DNA of 64,000 nucleotides, taken from contig NC_043005.1 in the NCBI RefSeq assembly GCF_006345805.1, positions 19,716,001-19,780,000 on the forward strand, in the 5' to 3' direction. The notes beneath the pieces were generated by a model that was given only the letters and a program-made list of their open reading frames with translations, did not search any database and was not told where the DNA came from. Shown here in pieces: positions 11,990 through 26,269 of the stretch. Both the position numbers and the translations under genes were made by a program. Every line of letters begins with the position of its first letter. Position 1 is the first letter of the stretch. Origin of the DNA: Octopus sinensis (lineage: Eukaryota).

Positions 11990-13700
11990 AAGCAGCCTTG
12001 ACTATGCGGAATGTTTTGTTTGTGTATTAGCTTGTTTGGTTTTGTATTTTTGTGTTGTATTGGCAGTATCCTACAACATAATCATGCATTGCTTTGCAAT
12101 ACTACAGCCTCTATGTTCTTCAAGTTTGTTAATCATTCCCAAGGCACCCAATATTATGGTAAATATTTCTCTTTTCACTCTCTTTGGTTTTTTTTATTTT
12201 CCATTTCTTTGAGAGATCCGTTATAATTTATTGAGACTGATAATTCTGTTAAGAGACATCTTGGTGATCCCGCATAGCAAAATCTAACCGATTAGCTTTG
12301 ATCTTCTTGTCTCTGTGACTATAATCGCTCGATCATTCTCTGGGACGGTTTTTGTTGTATGTATATATCACTTTTTGGTATTTTATAAAGCTGACGCAAC
12401 TTAAAAGTCCCTAGTTCACCAGGAATACATTGCCAGAGACAATTTAGTTGAGTTTTTTTTCCCTCCCAAGCTCTACATATATATTTAATGTATTCTGTTT
12501 TGTTTCGTGCTTTTAGTAGATTCTGTAGTGAAGGAACAATTGAGAATCCTTCGGTCTCAGCTTTGAGTCATACGTTTATCAGGTAGTTGTAATTTTTTTT
12601 TTTTATCTGTTCTACTCTATTCAGTTTTTCCAGGCATTTGCCTCGAAGGGGCTTTTCTTCTTTTAGTGCTGCAATTGGTTCCTCCATTTTCAGTTTAGCT
12701 TGTAACCTTTCCACAATATGTGATGTTATTTTTCTTTTATCCTTACATCTATCGGTCATTTCAGTTTGTTTTGTATTTGTTGTCTTTCTTAAACTGAAAA
12801 AAACCCCAGGTTTTGTTATTGTTTTGTAGTTATATGTATTATTTGCCCATTGTTCCTATCTGAATATTTTTATAGTCCTATAGTTCATAGCCTATATTTT
12901 ATAATAAGTCCTAGTTAAAAGACCCCTTACCTGCCTGATGTATAATAAATATTTCTTTTCTTTAATTTTTTTTGTCGGATTTCGAGTGGTGCATTGTAAA
13001 TATCTTCATTAATTTTCTTGTTTTTCTGCGTGGACTTGCTAGTTAATTAACTTCCATCATAGAATAGTAGAATTATAATCCATTTCTAGGACATCTAAGA
13101 GTATTTGCTGCCTACCATAATGTAATTCTTTCGCTACTCAAACTCTTCTCAGACATCGACTTATTTTGAAAATGCATTGGTTTCTACTTTACTTTTATCA
13201 TGTTCTTCATAAAAGTGTCAAGCTCTTTGTTTTGTGAAAAAAACGTTTTCCATACCGTTGGATTCTGTTCGATCTTTCACGAAGATCCTGTTCAAAGTGT
13301 TTGATTTTGAACGCTTCTTAATTGCAATGATATAATCCTGTGGTGTTTGCTTTTTGGGGTTTTTTTTTTTTGTGTTTCAGTTGTATCACTTTCTTATTGA
13401 TCATATTAGGATTGAGATATCTCACTTTCTGTGTGTTTTTTCTAATGTTTTTCACATGTTACTTGAATTGGTTTTTATATTCATATCCGAGAGGAGTATC
13501 CACTTTTTTTTAGTTCCGGTGGCTGTTGCATACATTACTACGTATATTTCACCTGGTGATATTGATGTATGTGTCTGTTTTTACTTATGTCCGGGATGGC
13601 CAGGTTTGTGCATTCGGTTGTTGCTATTTTACAAGTAAATTTTATTCTTGAGAAGAGCTTCCTTCGTTCATAGAACTAATTTTTTTTTTAGAGTTTTTGA
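11990..13700 (-). mobile_element. Heavily degraded R4/Dong-like LINE
   Basis: Minus-strand remnants RIQRYGKR, LKAETEGF and KIKANR.D typical of R4/Dong ORFs; many stops and deletions. Confidence 0.65.
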
Positions 13701-14539
13701 TTCAATAACTATTACTACTTTTAGACTGAGAGAAAATGAAATAAGTCTCGATTAATTTGACATTAATTTAGTGGGTCATTGCTTGTCTGAGCAACAGTAT
13801 GTACAAGTTTTACACAAGCTTCCTCGGCAAGTTCTTCCATCTCCCTTACAAGTCCAAAAATATAGAGTCTGATGGGCAAGAAAGTGTTTGATGTCGAATG
13901 CTTTATTGTGTTTCTGTTTATTTTGGAACTCACTTTAGTCGTTTCTTTTACAGAAATCTTGTGATTATGGGCTCACATGTATAACAGCAAGAAAAAATTA
14001 TATAACCCATAATTTCTTTGCGAACAGTGTAAACATTTATACTCGAAATATTGATAACTCTGAGAAACAGCAAGATTTAGTGATAACGCCCTCTTTATCA
14101 AAAGAATAATTGACAATTCAACGTAGATATATTTGCGTCAGTACTTATCTCTCATACATAACGGTATACTTTGCGTAACTTGAAGATGATTCTAATATTG
14201 GTTTCAAATTTTGGCACAAGGTCAGGGATGACACTAATATTAAAACAAAGTGTACCCTCTCTTGGACTCGCGATCGTTGCATCAGGTAACATTCCAATGG
14301 TTATATTTTTCCAGTCAATAACAGATGATACCTACGAACAAAAGGGAGAATGAAGCCCTTAACCCCAAAAGATGAGGTGGAAAATGTCAGTTATGTCACA
14401 TTTCTATGGAAGATATTATACGTATTTATCAGCTGCCAATAATGTCATCATGGTATTACCTTCAATGTAATATTATGTTGTTCCTAAAACAATATACAAT
14501 ACTATCCATAGAAAAGGCTCTTCACGAAGAACAGAGAAT

Positions 14540-14940
14540 AATATAAATACGTATTATTATAAGAAATATGTCAGAACATTCTTATCAAATCTTCCGTTAA
14601 ATGCAAGCATAAGAGACCTGATATATTTGCATGGAACATAAAAGTAAAGCCACGTACAATCATAGATATCAGCTACTTTTTAGATAAGAATATTTCACAC
14701 AAAATCAGCGAGAAACAGAATGTTAATAGCAAACTGATAAGGAAACTACAACTTCTCTATCCAGTCCATAAAATCACATTCATATCAATAATTATTGCTG
14801 CACATAGCTATCTTAGTAAATGTGAGTATCTCAAAAAGCTGAAGTTTTCGGGTACAGTGTGACCAGCTAACAGGCGTCTTGCAAATACTACCTGTAAGCG
14901 GAACAGCAGAAATATGCAACACATTTGTAATGTAATAATT
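14540..14940 (+). mobile_element. R4/Dong-like LINE C-terminal fragment
   Basis: CKHKRPDI..W...IIDIS...DKNI..KISEK...KLIRKLQLLYP..K.TF remnant; (CATA)-type repeats follow at about 15045. Confidence 0.65.
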
Positions 14941-16202
14941 ATCATGTTTGCCCTCCAAGTTCCAATGGAAAAGCATTGTTTCTTCTTGAAAAAGGAGCTC
15001 CTTCATTATAGTGAGAATTTGAATAATAAATAAAGATATACACAAACATACATACTTATACACATATATGGACACTTGCATATATACGTAAATATTTATG
15101 AAAATATAACTATAATCATCAGCCCAACTCTTATATTCAACAAATGCTGCTTGTTGTTTAATTGCTTTGTCGTGAAATAATTCAGCCCTGGGGTAAGTTC
15201 GTTTCAGTACATTTTCAGTCTATTCATATAGCCAGGAGAGTAATTAAGTAGTCATTATTTAGTTCATAACTTGAAGACAAATGTACCTTATAATTTCAGT
15301 TCCTTCTATAACTACAACTAATAAGATTTTATTTACTTTTTCTCTTCGGTTTTTGTTTGGTACTGTTGATGTTGTCGTGTCTTAGCCGTGTTGTTTGTAG
15401 CATATCTCTGTACGATCAATTCAAGTTTAAGACGCGTATTACTAGGATCTTTTAATAAAGTTTTCTTCAATGAATGCGATCAGAAAAATAATCACTTCAC
15501 AAGACTGGTAATTATGGCATTAATGTTGAAGATGGTATTCATCCGCAGCACGAAATCTACCTCGACAAGCATGAACTACAGTCGTTGTAATACAATAAAA
15601 AACTAACAGCTATGACCACCGTATATTTATACCTTATATGTATTTATATATGGCCAGCTGATCAAGAAGCCCTGTTTGCAGTCTTGACGTCCCGATATTG
15701 ATCCTAAAAAGTACCATCTTAAACAAATGTATTTTATCATACCTGGAGTTAGCCTAAACCTTATGAATGAAGGTGGGTAGATGGAAACTGTGTGGAAGCC
15801 CGTCTGATGAAAAGTTCCTATAATTCGACACTGTGTCCAGCTGATTTCCATTGAGAATTACGTTAAAGGTCCATGTGACTGAAATTCTCAGTTATTTATG
15901 CGCTAATTCAATGAGTAGGTAAGTTAATTAATCGAAGAATTGAAATACTTAATCATCTAATGTGACATCGAGCCATTAATTTTACTTATGTATGTATGTA
16001 TGTATGTATGTATGTATGTATGTATGTATGTATGTATGTATGTATGTATATGTATGTATGTATGTATGTATATGTATGTATGTGTGTGTGTATGTGAGTG
16101 TGAGTGTGTGTGTGCGCGCGCGCGCAAATGTTCTATGTTTCTAATTATTCAAATTCTTCCTCTGAGGAAGAAGCTGCTTTCTATCAAAGATGCAATGATC
16201 CA

Positions 16203-16325
16203 AGGGCGGCGAGCGGGCTGAAACGTTAGCACACCGGGCGAAATGCTTAGCGGTATTTCGTCTGCCGTTACGTTCTAAGTTCAAATTCCGCCGTGTTTGA
16301 CTTTGCCTTTCATCCTTTCGGGCCT
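16203..16325 (+). mobile_element. tRNA-derived SINE head (family C)
   Basis: GGCGGCGAGC.GGC.GAAACGTTAGC head, B-box-like AGTTCAAATTCC, then GCCTTTCATCCTTTCGGG shared with 63810-63872. Confidence 0.75.
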
Positions 16326-16439
16326 TGTGCCTAGAGTAAAGAAGAAAAAAAAGATACAATGATCCAGCGAGGGAATGTAGATAACGAAAACAATATCACA
16401 TTTTAAACACGGGAAAAGTTTTGCAAAGTTTTATTGTTC

Positions 16440-17095
16440 CACTTACAGATTGTATTGGGCGAGTTAGTTGGTTCATTTCTTTTTCTGAATACCTTGGACT
16501 ATCCAGATTATCGCTTAGGCATTTCCTCACAAAACTAACTGTACCTGTTATTATTGGTATGTGAATTTATAATCTGGATATAGAAGCGGGAGGTTTCGAA
16601 GTAATTGTCTACAGTTATCCTCTTTCTCGTACATTTTCTTGTCTGTCCCAAACAACAATGTCTGGCCTGTTATGTTTACACTTGACAGACGTTTGATAGG
16701 AATGTCCCATAAGTATTCCTTGTGTCGGTGCCTTAGTACGTTTTCAATACAAGGGGGGGGGGTCTCTATATTTATTCCAGGGCAGTCTTTTTGTCCGAAT
16801 GGCATTGTATATAGCTTTTGCGACAACGTCGTGTAAGGAGGTAATACGTTGATGACATTTTGAGGCAGCTGTTAATCGCATGTGCGATGTCTTCCTCAGA
16901 AATATCAAAGAATCTGCATTTTTGGTTGCATTTTGAAGGCAGCAAGGCTTCCCTGTCTCTTTTGCTTATTAGGTATTTCGTAACACTTTCTAGTTCTTGT
17001 ATTACAAATGCATAGCGTTCAAAGTGTGATGTGATATAGCAGCCACGAGTCCAAGAGAGGATGCGATTCATGTTGATGCTACTGATTTCTTCAAA
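16440..17095 (-). mobile_element. R4/Dong-like LINE fragment (zinc knuckle plus endonuclease region)
   Basis: TSHFERYAFVIQE..TKYL...CRF...EDIAHAINSC.KMS..YYL..R and EKEDN..QLLRNL.LLYPDYKF. Confidence 0.8.
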
Positions 17096-17204
17096 TCTGT
17101 CTATCTATCTATTTGTTTGTCTACCTGTCTGTCTGTCTTCCTGTCTTTCTGTCTGTCTGTATTATGTATGTGTGTATGTACGTACGTTTGTACGTAAGAA
17201 TGTT

Positions 17205-17289
<85 letters not shown>

Positions 17290-17295
<6 letters not shown>

Positions 17296-17582
17296 ATCAC
17301 GTGACCGACCAGGCTATCAGATGTTGCTACACATCGCTGGTCACAATGCGCTTCGCATTGTTTTAGCCTTCAAATGACGCCACCCCACTGGCTAAGCGAG
17401 GAGGCCAACAGAAGAAAGAGAGAGAGAGAAAGTTGTGGCGAAAGAGTGCGTCAGGGATCGCCACCACCCACTGCCGGAGCCTCGTGGAGCTTTAGCTGTT
17501 TTCGCTCAATAAACACTCACAACGCCCGGTCTGGGAATCGAAACCGCGAGTCCGCTGCCCTAAACACTGGGCCATTGCGCCT
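17290..17582 (-). mobile_element. tRNA-derived SINE (family D)
   Basis: Reverse strand head AGGCGCAATGGCCCAGTG.TTAGGGCAGCGGACTCGCGGTTTCGATTCCC with A and B boxes; homologous to 28841-29008. Confidence 0.85.
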
Positions 17583-17659
17583 GCACACACACACATGTAT
17601 GTATGTATGTATGTATGTATGTATGTATGTATGTATGTATGTATGGATGGATGTATGTA

Positions 17660-17908
17660 TGTATAATCATATCTGTCGGGCATGTGGAAGAGAGTGTAAT
17701 TCGGCAGGAGGACTTAAACGACATGCAAAGGTACATGAAGCCCAGTTACAACTACAGCCGGCTATTACCAGTAAAGGTCTTAGTTGCCAATTTTGTACAA
17801 GACATTGTAGATCTTTAGCTGGGCTAAAAAGTCACGTTCGATCACAGCACCAGGAACAATTAAGCTTCGTGCAATGGCCATACTCGATAACGAAGGGGAA
17901 GCCATAAA
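17660..17908 (+). mobile_element. LINE 3' end (probably RTE) encoding two C2H2 zinc fingers, between (TATG)n tracts
   Basis: CRACGRECNSAGGLKRHAKVH...CQFCTRHCRSLAGLKSHVRSQH; the last finger matches the RTE C-terminal CxxCxRxCxSxxGLxSHxRxH pattern. Confidence 0.7.
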
Positions 17909-19199
17909 TGTATGTATGTATGTATGTATGTATGTATGTATGTATGTATGTATGTATGTATGTTTTTCTTTGACATTTATTGAAGCTCTTAAAAGAGTTC
18001 AAGTTGGTCGCTAGCAAAACGTCAAGACTTCGAGCTAAGAGAGCTTTCAGTGTTTGTAAATATGTGATTGAGTTGGTGTTCTGATTGAACTGTCGATGCG
18101 TGCAACCAAATGATTGCATCTAAGTACATAAAAATCTCAGATGAAGAATTCTTGAAATGTGTTACAAACCTTTATTGTGCCACTAATAGATTGGATTTGA
18201 AGAATCCGCGTTAGTTTCTTTTACTTTTGCTTCGAAAAACCTAGTGTTTCTAAGGATTTTTGTGAACCTGTGTATGTATTTGTATTTGTATGTGTGTGTA
18301 CATATGAACGTACATGTGTATGTTTGTATGAATGATTGAATATGTGGGTATTATATTCATTTGAAAGGTATTAAAGTTCTTTGTGGAATTCAAGCTAGTC
18401 AATAACAAAGTGACGGTGCTTCTTTGTAGGAGTCAAAACAGTTCCAAGAATTTGTGAATATATGTGTGTGCATATGTGTGTACGCGTGTGCATATATCTG
18501 GGGGTGTGCGCATATATCTGCGTGCGTGTGCATATACTTAGTTGCCCTATGTAATGGGTGTACATATCCTTTTGAGACGATTGTGTGGGGCAGTGTAATT
18601 TGCACTTTATATATGCATGTCATACACGCATGTGATTGGGTTATTATGTTAATTCCAGAAAATGGCGAATTATTGAAATGCTTCACAAATTCTTACTGTA
18701 GCTTAGTTTAAGATGATGCTTATCAGTTTGTTTTGATCTATTTTGGAAACACCCAGATTTCCTAGTCTTTTATTCCACTGACATTTATGAATGTGCATGG
18801 CTTTTGTTTCTCTGTTTTATAGCACAAAATCAAACCTGTTGTGTTTGCGCGGGTTTGTTGTTTTGTCTTTAGAACGTTCGGTCAGTTTTCTTTATTTTTA
18901 AAGGTGCGAATAGAGTATAGTTCTGGTATGCCTTAGAATGACTGTCAGACCAATTATGTATGTCTGTCTCTTCTGTATTTAATCATCCAAAGAGATAACT
19001 GACAGTTCGACATTTACTTACAAAAAACAAGTGCTCCAACTGTTACTGGTATGTCGAAAGATTTCCAGACAATGGACAGACGTTAAAATAATAAGAACAG
19101 TAATAAACTAGTGAAGAAAATATATATATATAATGCGTGTGTTTATCTGGCAAAAACAAATTGATTATAATGAATAAAATGACCATCCCGAAATACAAC

Positions 19200-19522
19200 G
19201 ATATCTATTTCAACACACGATTTCACATCAGGAATCTTGCAAAACGGATTGATAAAACGTAAAAATGTAAATTTGTAATCCGGATATAGAAGCTGGAATT
19301 TTCGAAGCAGTTGTCCATAGTTATCTTCTTTCTCTCTGATTTTCAAAGATATTCACATCAACAGAACAGCTGACCTCTATGATGATACATACTTTTTCTT
19401 GTCTGTCTCAAATAACAATATCAGGCCAGTTATGCTTACACTTCACAGATGTTTTGACGGGAGTGTTCCACCACTATTCCTTGTGCTGCCATTTGTGTAC
19501 GTATTCAATAACAGAGGGATTC
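19200..19522 (-). mobile_element. R4/Dong-like LINE endonuclease fragment abutting (CATA)n
   Basis: [27 protein letters not shown]; same family as 16440-17095. Confidence 0.75.
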
Positions 19523-19616
19523 TGTATGTATGTATGTATGTATGTATGTATGTATGTATGTATGTATGTATGTATGTATGTATGTATGTGTGTATGTATG
19601 TATGTATGTATGTATG

Positions 19617-19735
19617 CGAACCCATGGAAAACGAACCTCTACCGACTATTCTGCCTACATACCTGTACACGCCTATCTCTGGCAGTGTATGCCAGAGATG
19701 AGCAAACTGTGCATAAGGAGTAGACAACCACCATG
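19617..19735 (+). mobile_element. Internally deleted copy of the zinc-finger LINE 3' end at 19858-20156
   Basis: Same start (GCGAACCCATGGAAAACG) and end (GGAGTAGACAACCACCATG) with about 180 bp missing. Confidence 0.8.
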
Positions 19736-19791
19736 CATGTATGTATGTATGTATGTATGTATGTATGTATGTATGTATGTATGTATGTATG

Positions 19792-19825
<34 letters not shown>

Positions 19826-19857
19826 TTTATGTATGTATGTATATATATATATATATG

Positions 19858-20156
19858 CGAACCCATGGAAAACGAACCTCCACCGACTATTCTGCCTACA
19901 TACCTGTGCACACCTTTGAATGCAGTGTATGCCAGAAGGTTCGCAAATCTAACTGAGGCCTTAAAAGACATTTTAAGATCCACAAAGATCAGAACTTATC
20001 TGCAGCTCTTGGTGGTCCAAATCGAATGTGCAATCTATGTGGGTGTCTTTTCAGAACATTGTCTGGTTTAAAAATCCACATCAGATGCCATGATGGTTCT
20101 AAGTTGTAGGTACAGGAGATGGTCAAACTGTGCATAAGGAGTAGACAACCACCATG
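19858..20156 (+). mobile_element. LINE 3' end (probably RTE) with multiple C2H2 fingers, between (TATG)n tracts
   Basis: MRTH...FECSVCQKVRKSN*GLKRHFKIH...CNLCGCLFRTLSGLKIHIRCH..KL*; one in-frame stop. Confidence 0.7.
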
Positions 20157-20927
20157 CATGTATGTATGTATGTATGTATGTATGTATGTATTGTATGTAT
20201 GTATGTATGTATGTATGTATGTATGCATGCATGTATGTATGTATGTATGCATGTATGTATGTATTATGTATGCATGTATGTATGAGTGTATGTATGTATG
20301 TGTGTATGTATTTATGTATGTATGTATGTATGTATGAGTGTATGTATGTATGTATGTATGTATTATGTATGTATGTATGTATGTATGTATTATGTATGTA
20401 TGTATGTATGTATGTATGTGTGTATGTATGTATGTATGTATGTATGTATGTATGTATGTATGTATGTATGTATGTATGTATGTGTGTATGTATGTTTGTA
20501 TGAGCGTATGTACGTGTTAATGTATTAAGTTCCATCTAGGAATTAAGATCTGTAATTCTTCCTTAATCAAGACTGTTTTTCCGACCACCCTTTTCTTCAT
20601 CGGCAGCATTCCTTCACACTCCCAATTATCTTCTAATTCTCCATCTCCCCCCTTTCTATCACTACACTGTGTTTACGCTCTAATATCCAGCCAACACTCT
20701 TTTTTCCTTTGCCGTTCTCTTTCTGTCCTCTCGTCTTCTTAACTTCCAAGAAACTTCTTTCTTTTTGTCCCCGCCAACCTCTCACATTCTTTCGCTTTCA
20801 CTTCCGCCTTTACCATTTCGCCGTATCGAACCTTCATTTAACATTTGACCTCCTCCTTCTACTCTGGAACCTATTTCTTTCATTGTTTCTTCCAATTCAA
20901 CTGCTTTTTATTTCCACTTTTGTTCTA

Positions 20928-20929
<2 letters not shown>

Positions 20930-20982
<53 letters not shown>

Positions 20983-21040
20983 TTATCTCTCTCTCTTTCT
21001 CTTTCTCTCTCTCTCTCTTTCTCTCTTTTTCTCTCTCTCT

Positions 21041-21087
<47 letters not shown>

Positions 21088-21260
21088 CCTCCACCTTTTA
21101 TTCTTGCCTTACAACCTCTTTCAACTCTATTATCTCTTTTGCCCTATTTCCCCTCTCTGCCTCTTTCTTTATTTTTATCCTTTCACCTTCACTCCTCTCC
21201 CCTCTCTCTCTCTTTCTCTTTCTCTCTCTCTTTCTCTTTCTCTCTCTCTTTCTCTTTTTC

Positions 21261-21291
<31 letters not shown>

Positions 21292-21308
21292 TTTTCTCTC
21301 TCTCTCTT

Positions 21309-21356
<48 letters not shown>

Positions 21357-22200
21357 CCTCTCCACCTTTTATTCTTCCCTTACAACCTCTTTCAACTCTA
21401 TTATCTCTTTTGCCCTATTTCCTCTCTCTGCCACTTTCTTCATTTTTATCCTCTCACCTTCACTCCTCCCCCTCTCTCTCTATTTCTCTCTTTCTTTCAA
21501 TCTCTCTCCGTCTCTTTTCAATTCTTCTTTATCCTCTCACTGATTCCTTCCACCTTTCACTGCCGCTCTCCAAATCCACCCATCCCCATGTCATTTCCAT
21601 CATCCCTCTCCGCCTTTCCCCATCTCCCTTCACATCCTTCGACACATTCACTTCTCTCTGTCACCCACCTCCCTCACTCTCTTTCCCATCCTTCCGGTCT
21701 TTCTCTTTATCTTCTTATCTTCTTTGGTATTTTCTTTTCTCTTCTTACACTACACCACTATCACGTCGTCGTCGTCGTCGTCGTCTTCTTCTTCTTCTTC
21801 TTCTTTCTTCTTCTTCTTCTTCTTCTTCTTCTTCTTCTTCCTTTTCTTCTTCTTTTTCTTGTTGTTGTTCTACTTCTTTTTCCTTTTTTCTCTTATTCTT
21901 GTTATTGTTGCTGTTCTTCTTCCTCGTTTTCTTCCTTTTCTTCTTTTTCTTGTTCTTGTTATTGTTGTTGGTGTTCTACCTTTCCTTCTTCCTCTTCTTT
22001 TTCTTCTTCTTGTTATTGTTGTTGTTCTTCCTCTTCTTTTCCGTCTTTTTTTCTTGTTATTGTTATTGTTGTTGTTTTTCTCCTCCTTCTCTTTTTCTTC
22101 TTTTTCTTCATCTTTTTGTTGTTATTGTTGTCGTTCTTGTTCTTTTTCTTGTTATTGTTGTTGTTGTTGTTCTTCTTCTTCTTCTTCTTCCTCTCTAACA
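20930..22200. repeat. Polypyrimidine low-complexity tract, (CT)n and (CTT/GTT)n, with an internal direct duplication
   Basis: About 21088-21210 recurs at about 21359-21480. Confidence 0.9.
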
Positions 22201-22735
22201 TATTCGCCTTCTCTTCCACTACAACCACCACAATCACCACTGTCACTATCATAACAGTCCACCGCGACGCCAATCACCGTTACCACCACCACCACTATCA
22301 CAACCAACCCCACTTCAGCAACACCCTCAACATCACGACAAGCATAGAAACCACCACCACCACCACCATTACCGCCGCAACCTCCCACCATCACCACCAC
22401 AACAACAACTACAACAAAATCTGCACTACAATCACAATTATCACTACAAATCACCACTACATCAATCACCACAGTTACCAATATCCTCCAAATGATAATT
22501 CTACCATCCTACCATCCTACCATCCTGTCAGCCTACCCCTCCCCGCCCACATATACACATTCTACAGTCTGTAAAGTCATCGAGTATGACATACACGTAT
22601 CCTAATCAATGTTTTTCACCAAACCAGAACCGTGCCTTGTTTAACAAACAGGTGAATACTTATCTTCTTCACTATCGCCATTACTATATACGTATACACA
22701 CACACGCACTCACACACACACACGGGCACACACAT

Positions 22736-22785
<50 letters not shown>

Positions 22786-24074
22786 GCACACACATGCACA
22801 CACACACATATACATGCATACATATATATGAACATAGTATACTTGTGCATGTATATACATACATGCATACACACACATATATATGTGTATGTATGTGTGT
22901 GTATATATATATATATACAGAAAGTAAGAGAGAGATATACATAGATGCATCTATATATATATATATATCTTTATCACACATACATGCATACATACATACA
23001 TACATACATACAAATACACACTTACATACATACATACATGCATACATACATACATACATACATACAAATACACACTTACATACATACGTACATACATACA
23101 TACATACATACATACATACATACAAATACACACTTCCATACATACATACAAACATACATACATACATAATACATACATACATGCATACATACATACATAC
23201 ATACATATAGATATCATTAGAAAATTATCAGTATATAAACCAATTTCGTATAAATATATTAATGAATGTCCTGTAACCTTCCTATAAAAATGCAATTTGT
23301 GACGTTGGTGGGAGCATAACATGTTCCCAACAACATTACCAGACACAGAAGTTATAAACTCCACAACCTTTCACAACTTAAAAACAACGCTATCATTGCA
23401 TTAGGGAAAATGCCGCTTCACAATCTCATGCACATCCACACACAATCCCTACTCCCAGGACCTATTCTTTTGAGCAGGTTCTTTATGCATCAGATTTTGG
23501 ACCAAATTTACAGATTGGTGTTCCGCGGAAAATCTAGAGAAGTTGAACAAGAAAGGAAGCACATTGCAAATCCGAAGTCTTATAAGGTATAACAATCTAA
23601 ACTGGATGAATGTATGGAATATACTCAACCAACTCACTGCAGCTCAGGAGAAAGCTCTCAGAAATGTTGCTGTTGATGGAGCTGATGTTGCATAAAAATT
23701 AGTTGCCTTCAGGTTTTAGTGGGGGATTCAAGTTGTTTCAGCTATAGTTCTCTGTAATTATGCAACTCTTGTGAAATCCACAACCCTTCAGAACTTAAAA
23801 TAATGTTATCAATTACATTAAGATAAAAATGCTTGTTTTAAAGAGCAGGCAAAGTTCCATCTACATATGAACACACAACACCTATTGCCAGGAGTTATAT
23901 TTTGAAACAAGTTCTTTCTGCATCCGGCTTTGGATCAAACTCGAAGAACCTTTTGTGAAAATCATCTCGTTTTACGAATTACAGGCTTTCAAAATTTGAA
24001 TGCACAACTATCTCTCAAAATTCTTGGCATCGAATGTGCAGAGAAGTGATTAACCAATCGAAACCGGCTAACGC

Positions 24075-24105
<31 letters not shown>

Positions 24106-24215
24106 CATACATACATACATACATACATACATACATACATACATACATACACATATACATACATACATACATACATACATACATACATACATACATACAT
24201 ACATACATACATACA

Positions 24216-24246
<31 letters not shown>

Positions 24247-24679
24247 GTATATGTGTTTATATAAACACAACACACACACACACATATATGAGGTTTATTG
24301 GGGTTCAATAAGAATTGAACGGCAAATACTATTTACATGCTTAAACAAAGCAAACGTGCTAATATATGGGGTGTGCGTTTATGTATGTGTATAATATATA
24401 TATATATTATATCTATATATATATATTATATATATATATATAATATATATACACACAATGAGAAAGAGAGGAGACAGAGAATCACATGTACATCTATGCT
24501 CAAAGAGATATCTGATCGCATACAAACATCAAAAATAAATATTTATAAAGGCATGAGTAAATGTATAGAGTGTATGTATATATGCATGTATGATATATGT
24601 GTTGTATTATAGATGTGTGTGTTACGTGTATGTATACGAATACATATATACTATATATATTATATATATATATACACAC

Positions 24680-24770
<91 letters not shown>

Positions 24771-25742
24771 CACGCTTTTTATGTGTTGTATGTATAAGTG
24801 TATGACCATGGGCTGTATATTTATGCGTATATTCATGCGTGTGGTATATACCAAGACCTTAGCAATTACATAATGAAAAAAGTTGGACGTGAGTAGGAGG
24901 AGATAAGTTGAAAGAGAAAAGAGCAAAAGGGAGGAAGAGAGAAAATGTGTGAGAGTGGATTGGTTACTCCTCTAACAGATGACGTTTGGTCGCTATTAGT
25001 GTTTTTTTATTTGATGATGGTGCAGAGGAGGCGGAGGAGGACGTGGGGGGGGCAGGGAGGAAGGTGGAGGAGGAAGGAGGAGGAGGGAAAGAGGTGGGAG
25101 AGAAGGAGGAGAAGGGAGTAAGGGAGGAGGAGGAGGAGGGAGGAGAAGGAGGGAGGGGATGATGGAAGGAGGAGAGGGGAGGGGGAGGAAGGGAGGAAGG
25201 GAGGAGGGAAAGAGAAGGAGGAGGATGGTGGTGGAGGAGGATGGTGGTGGAGGAGGATGGTGGTGGAGGAGGATGGTGGTGGTAGTCGTCGTGGTCTTCG
25301 TGGTCGTCGTTGTCATCATAGTAGTGGTGGTAGTCGTGGTGGTGGTGGTGGTGGTGGTGATGATGATCATCATCATCATCATGACGATGATGATTGTTAT
25401 TGATTACAAAAATTATCCTCATTGCAACGATAGTGATGATACGTTTCATGTTATTATTGTTGTTAGTATATATCAGTCGTATTTATTATACGCCCCTATC
25501 TTCTCTTTCTCTTTCTCTTCACTCTCTCACCCTTTCCTTTTTTCTTTTGATCTCCTTTTTAGAATGTATAACTTAATTGTCCTAAATATGGCTAATAAGA
25601 GAGAATAGGGAAATGCGTTGGTTTATTCAGGAAAAAAGGAAAGAACAGAAACAGAGAGATTGGGAAAACGAGAGAAAGAAATCGAGAGAAATCCGTATTG
25701 GAAAAGATTTATGGAAAAGTTAGATAAATAGCTTACAGTGCG

Positions 25743-25820
<78 letters not shown>

Positions 25821-26269
25821 GTGTGTGTGTGTGTGAGACCATCAGTGTAATCAATATCATCATCATCATTATCTACTTCTATATAATCATCAGGTACCGC
25901 AAGCACATTCCTATAATCCTTTTGGTAAGATATAGCGAATTTGATGCCCCTTTCTCAATACATCAGGAAATTAAGGAACGGAGGGGTCAAAAATGTTTCT
26001 ATAACCTTTAGAATAGCGTAGAAGAGTTTCCTCGCACAACTACAGACCAAGAAGTTACGTTACGTATTTATCCAAAAACTTCTACATATTGACACAATGA
26101 CTAAGATTGTTCCAAACGAAGAAAAGAAATTTTGTATTTTTGCCGTCGTCCCAGGAAATGTGGAGAAAATTTATCAGCTTTTTTATGAGGATCAATCGAT
26201 GACATCGTTGATGCCGTTAGTCTTTCGTATAGATCCGTGTAGGCAATCCTAACGTGTGAATTGAACATG

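Noticed and set aside
19520-20500. Repeat-spacer pattern resembling a CRISPR array
   Set aside because: Repeats are variable-length (TATG)n microsatellites and the spacers are LINE fragments in eukaryotic DNA.
20709-22574. 621-aa ORF and overlapping long ORFs
   Set aside because: Translations of (CT)n, (CTT)n and (CAC)n tracts that lack stops; the same applies to the many YIYI, MYVC and HTHT ORFs.
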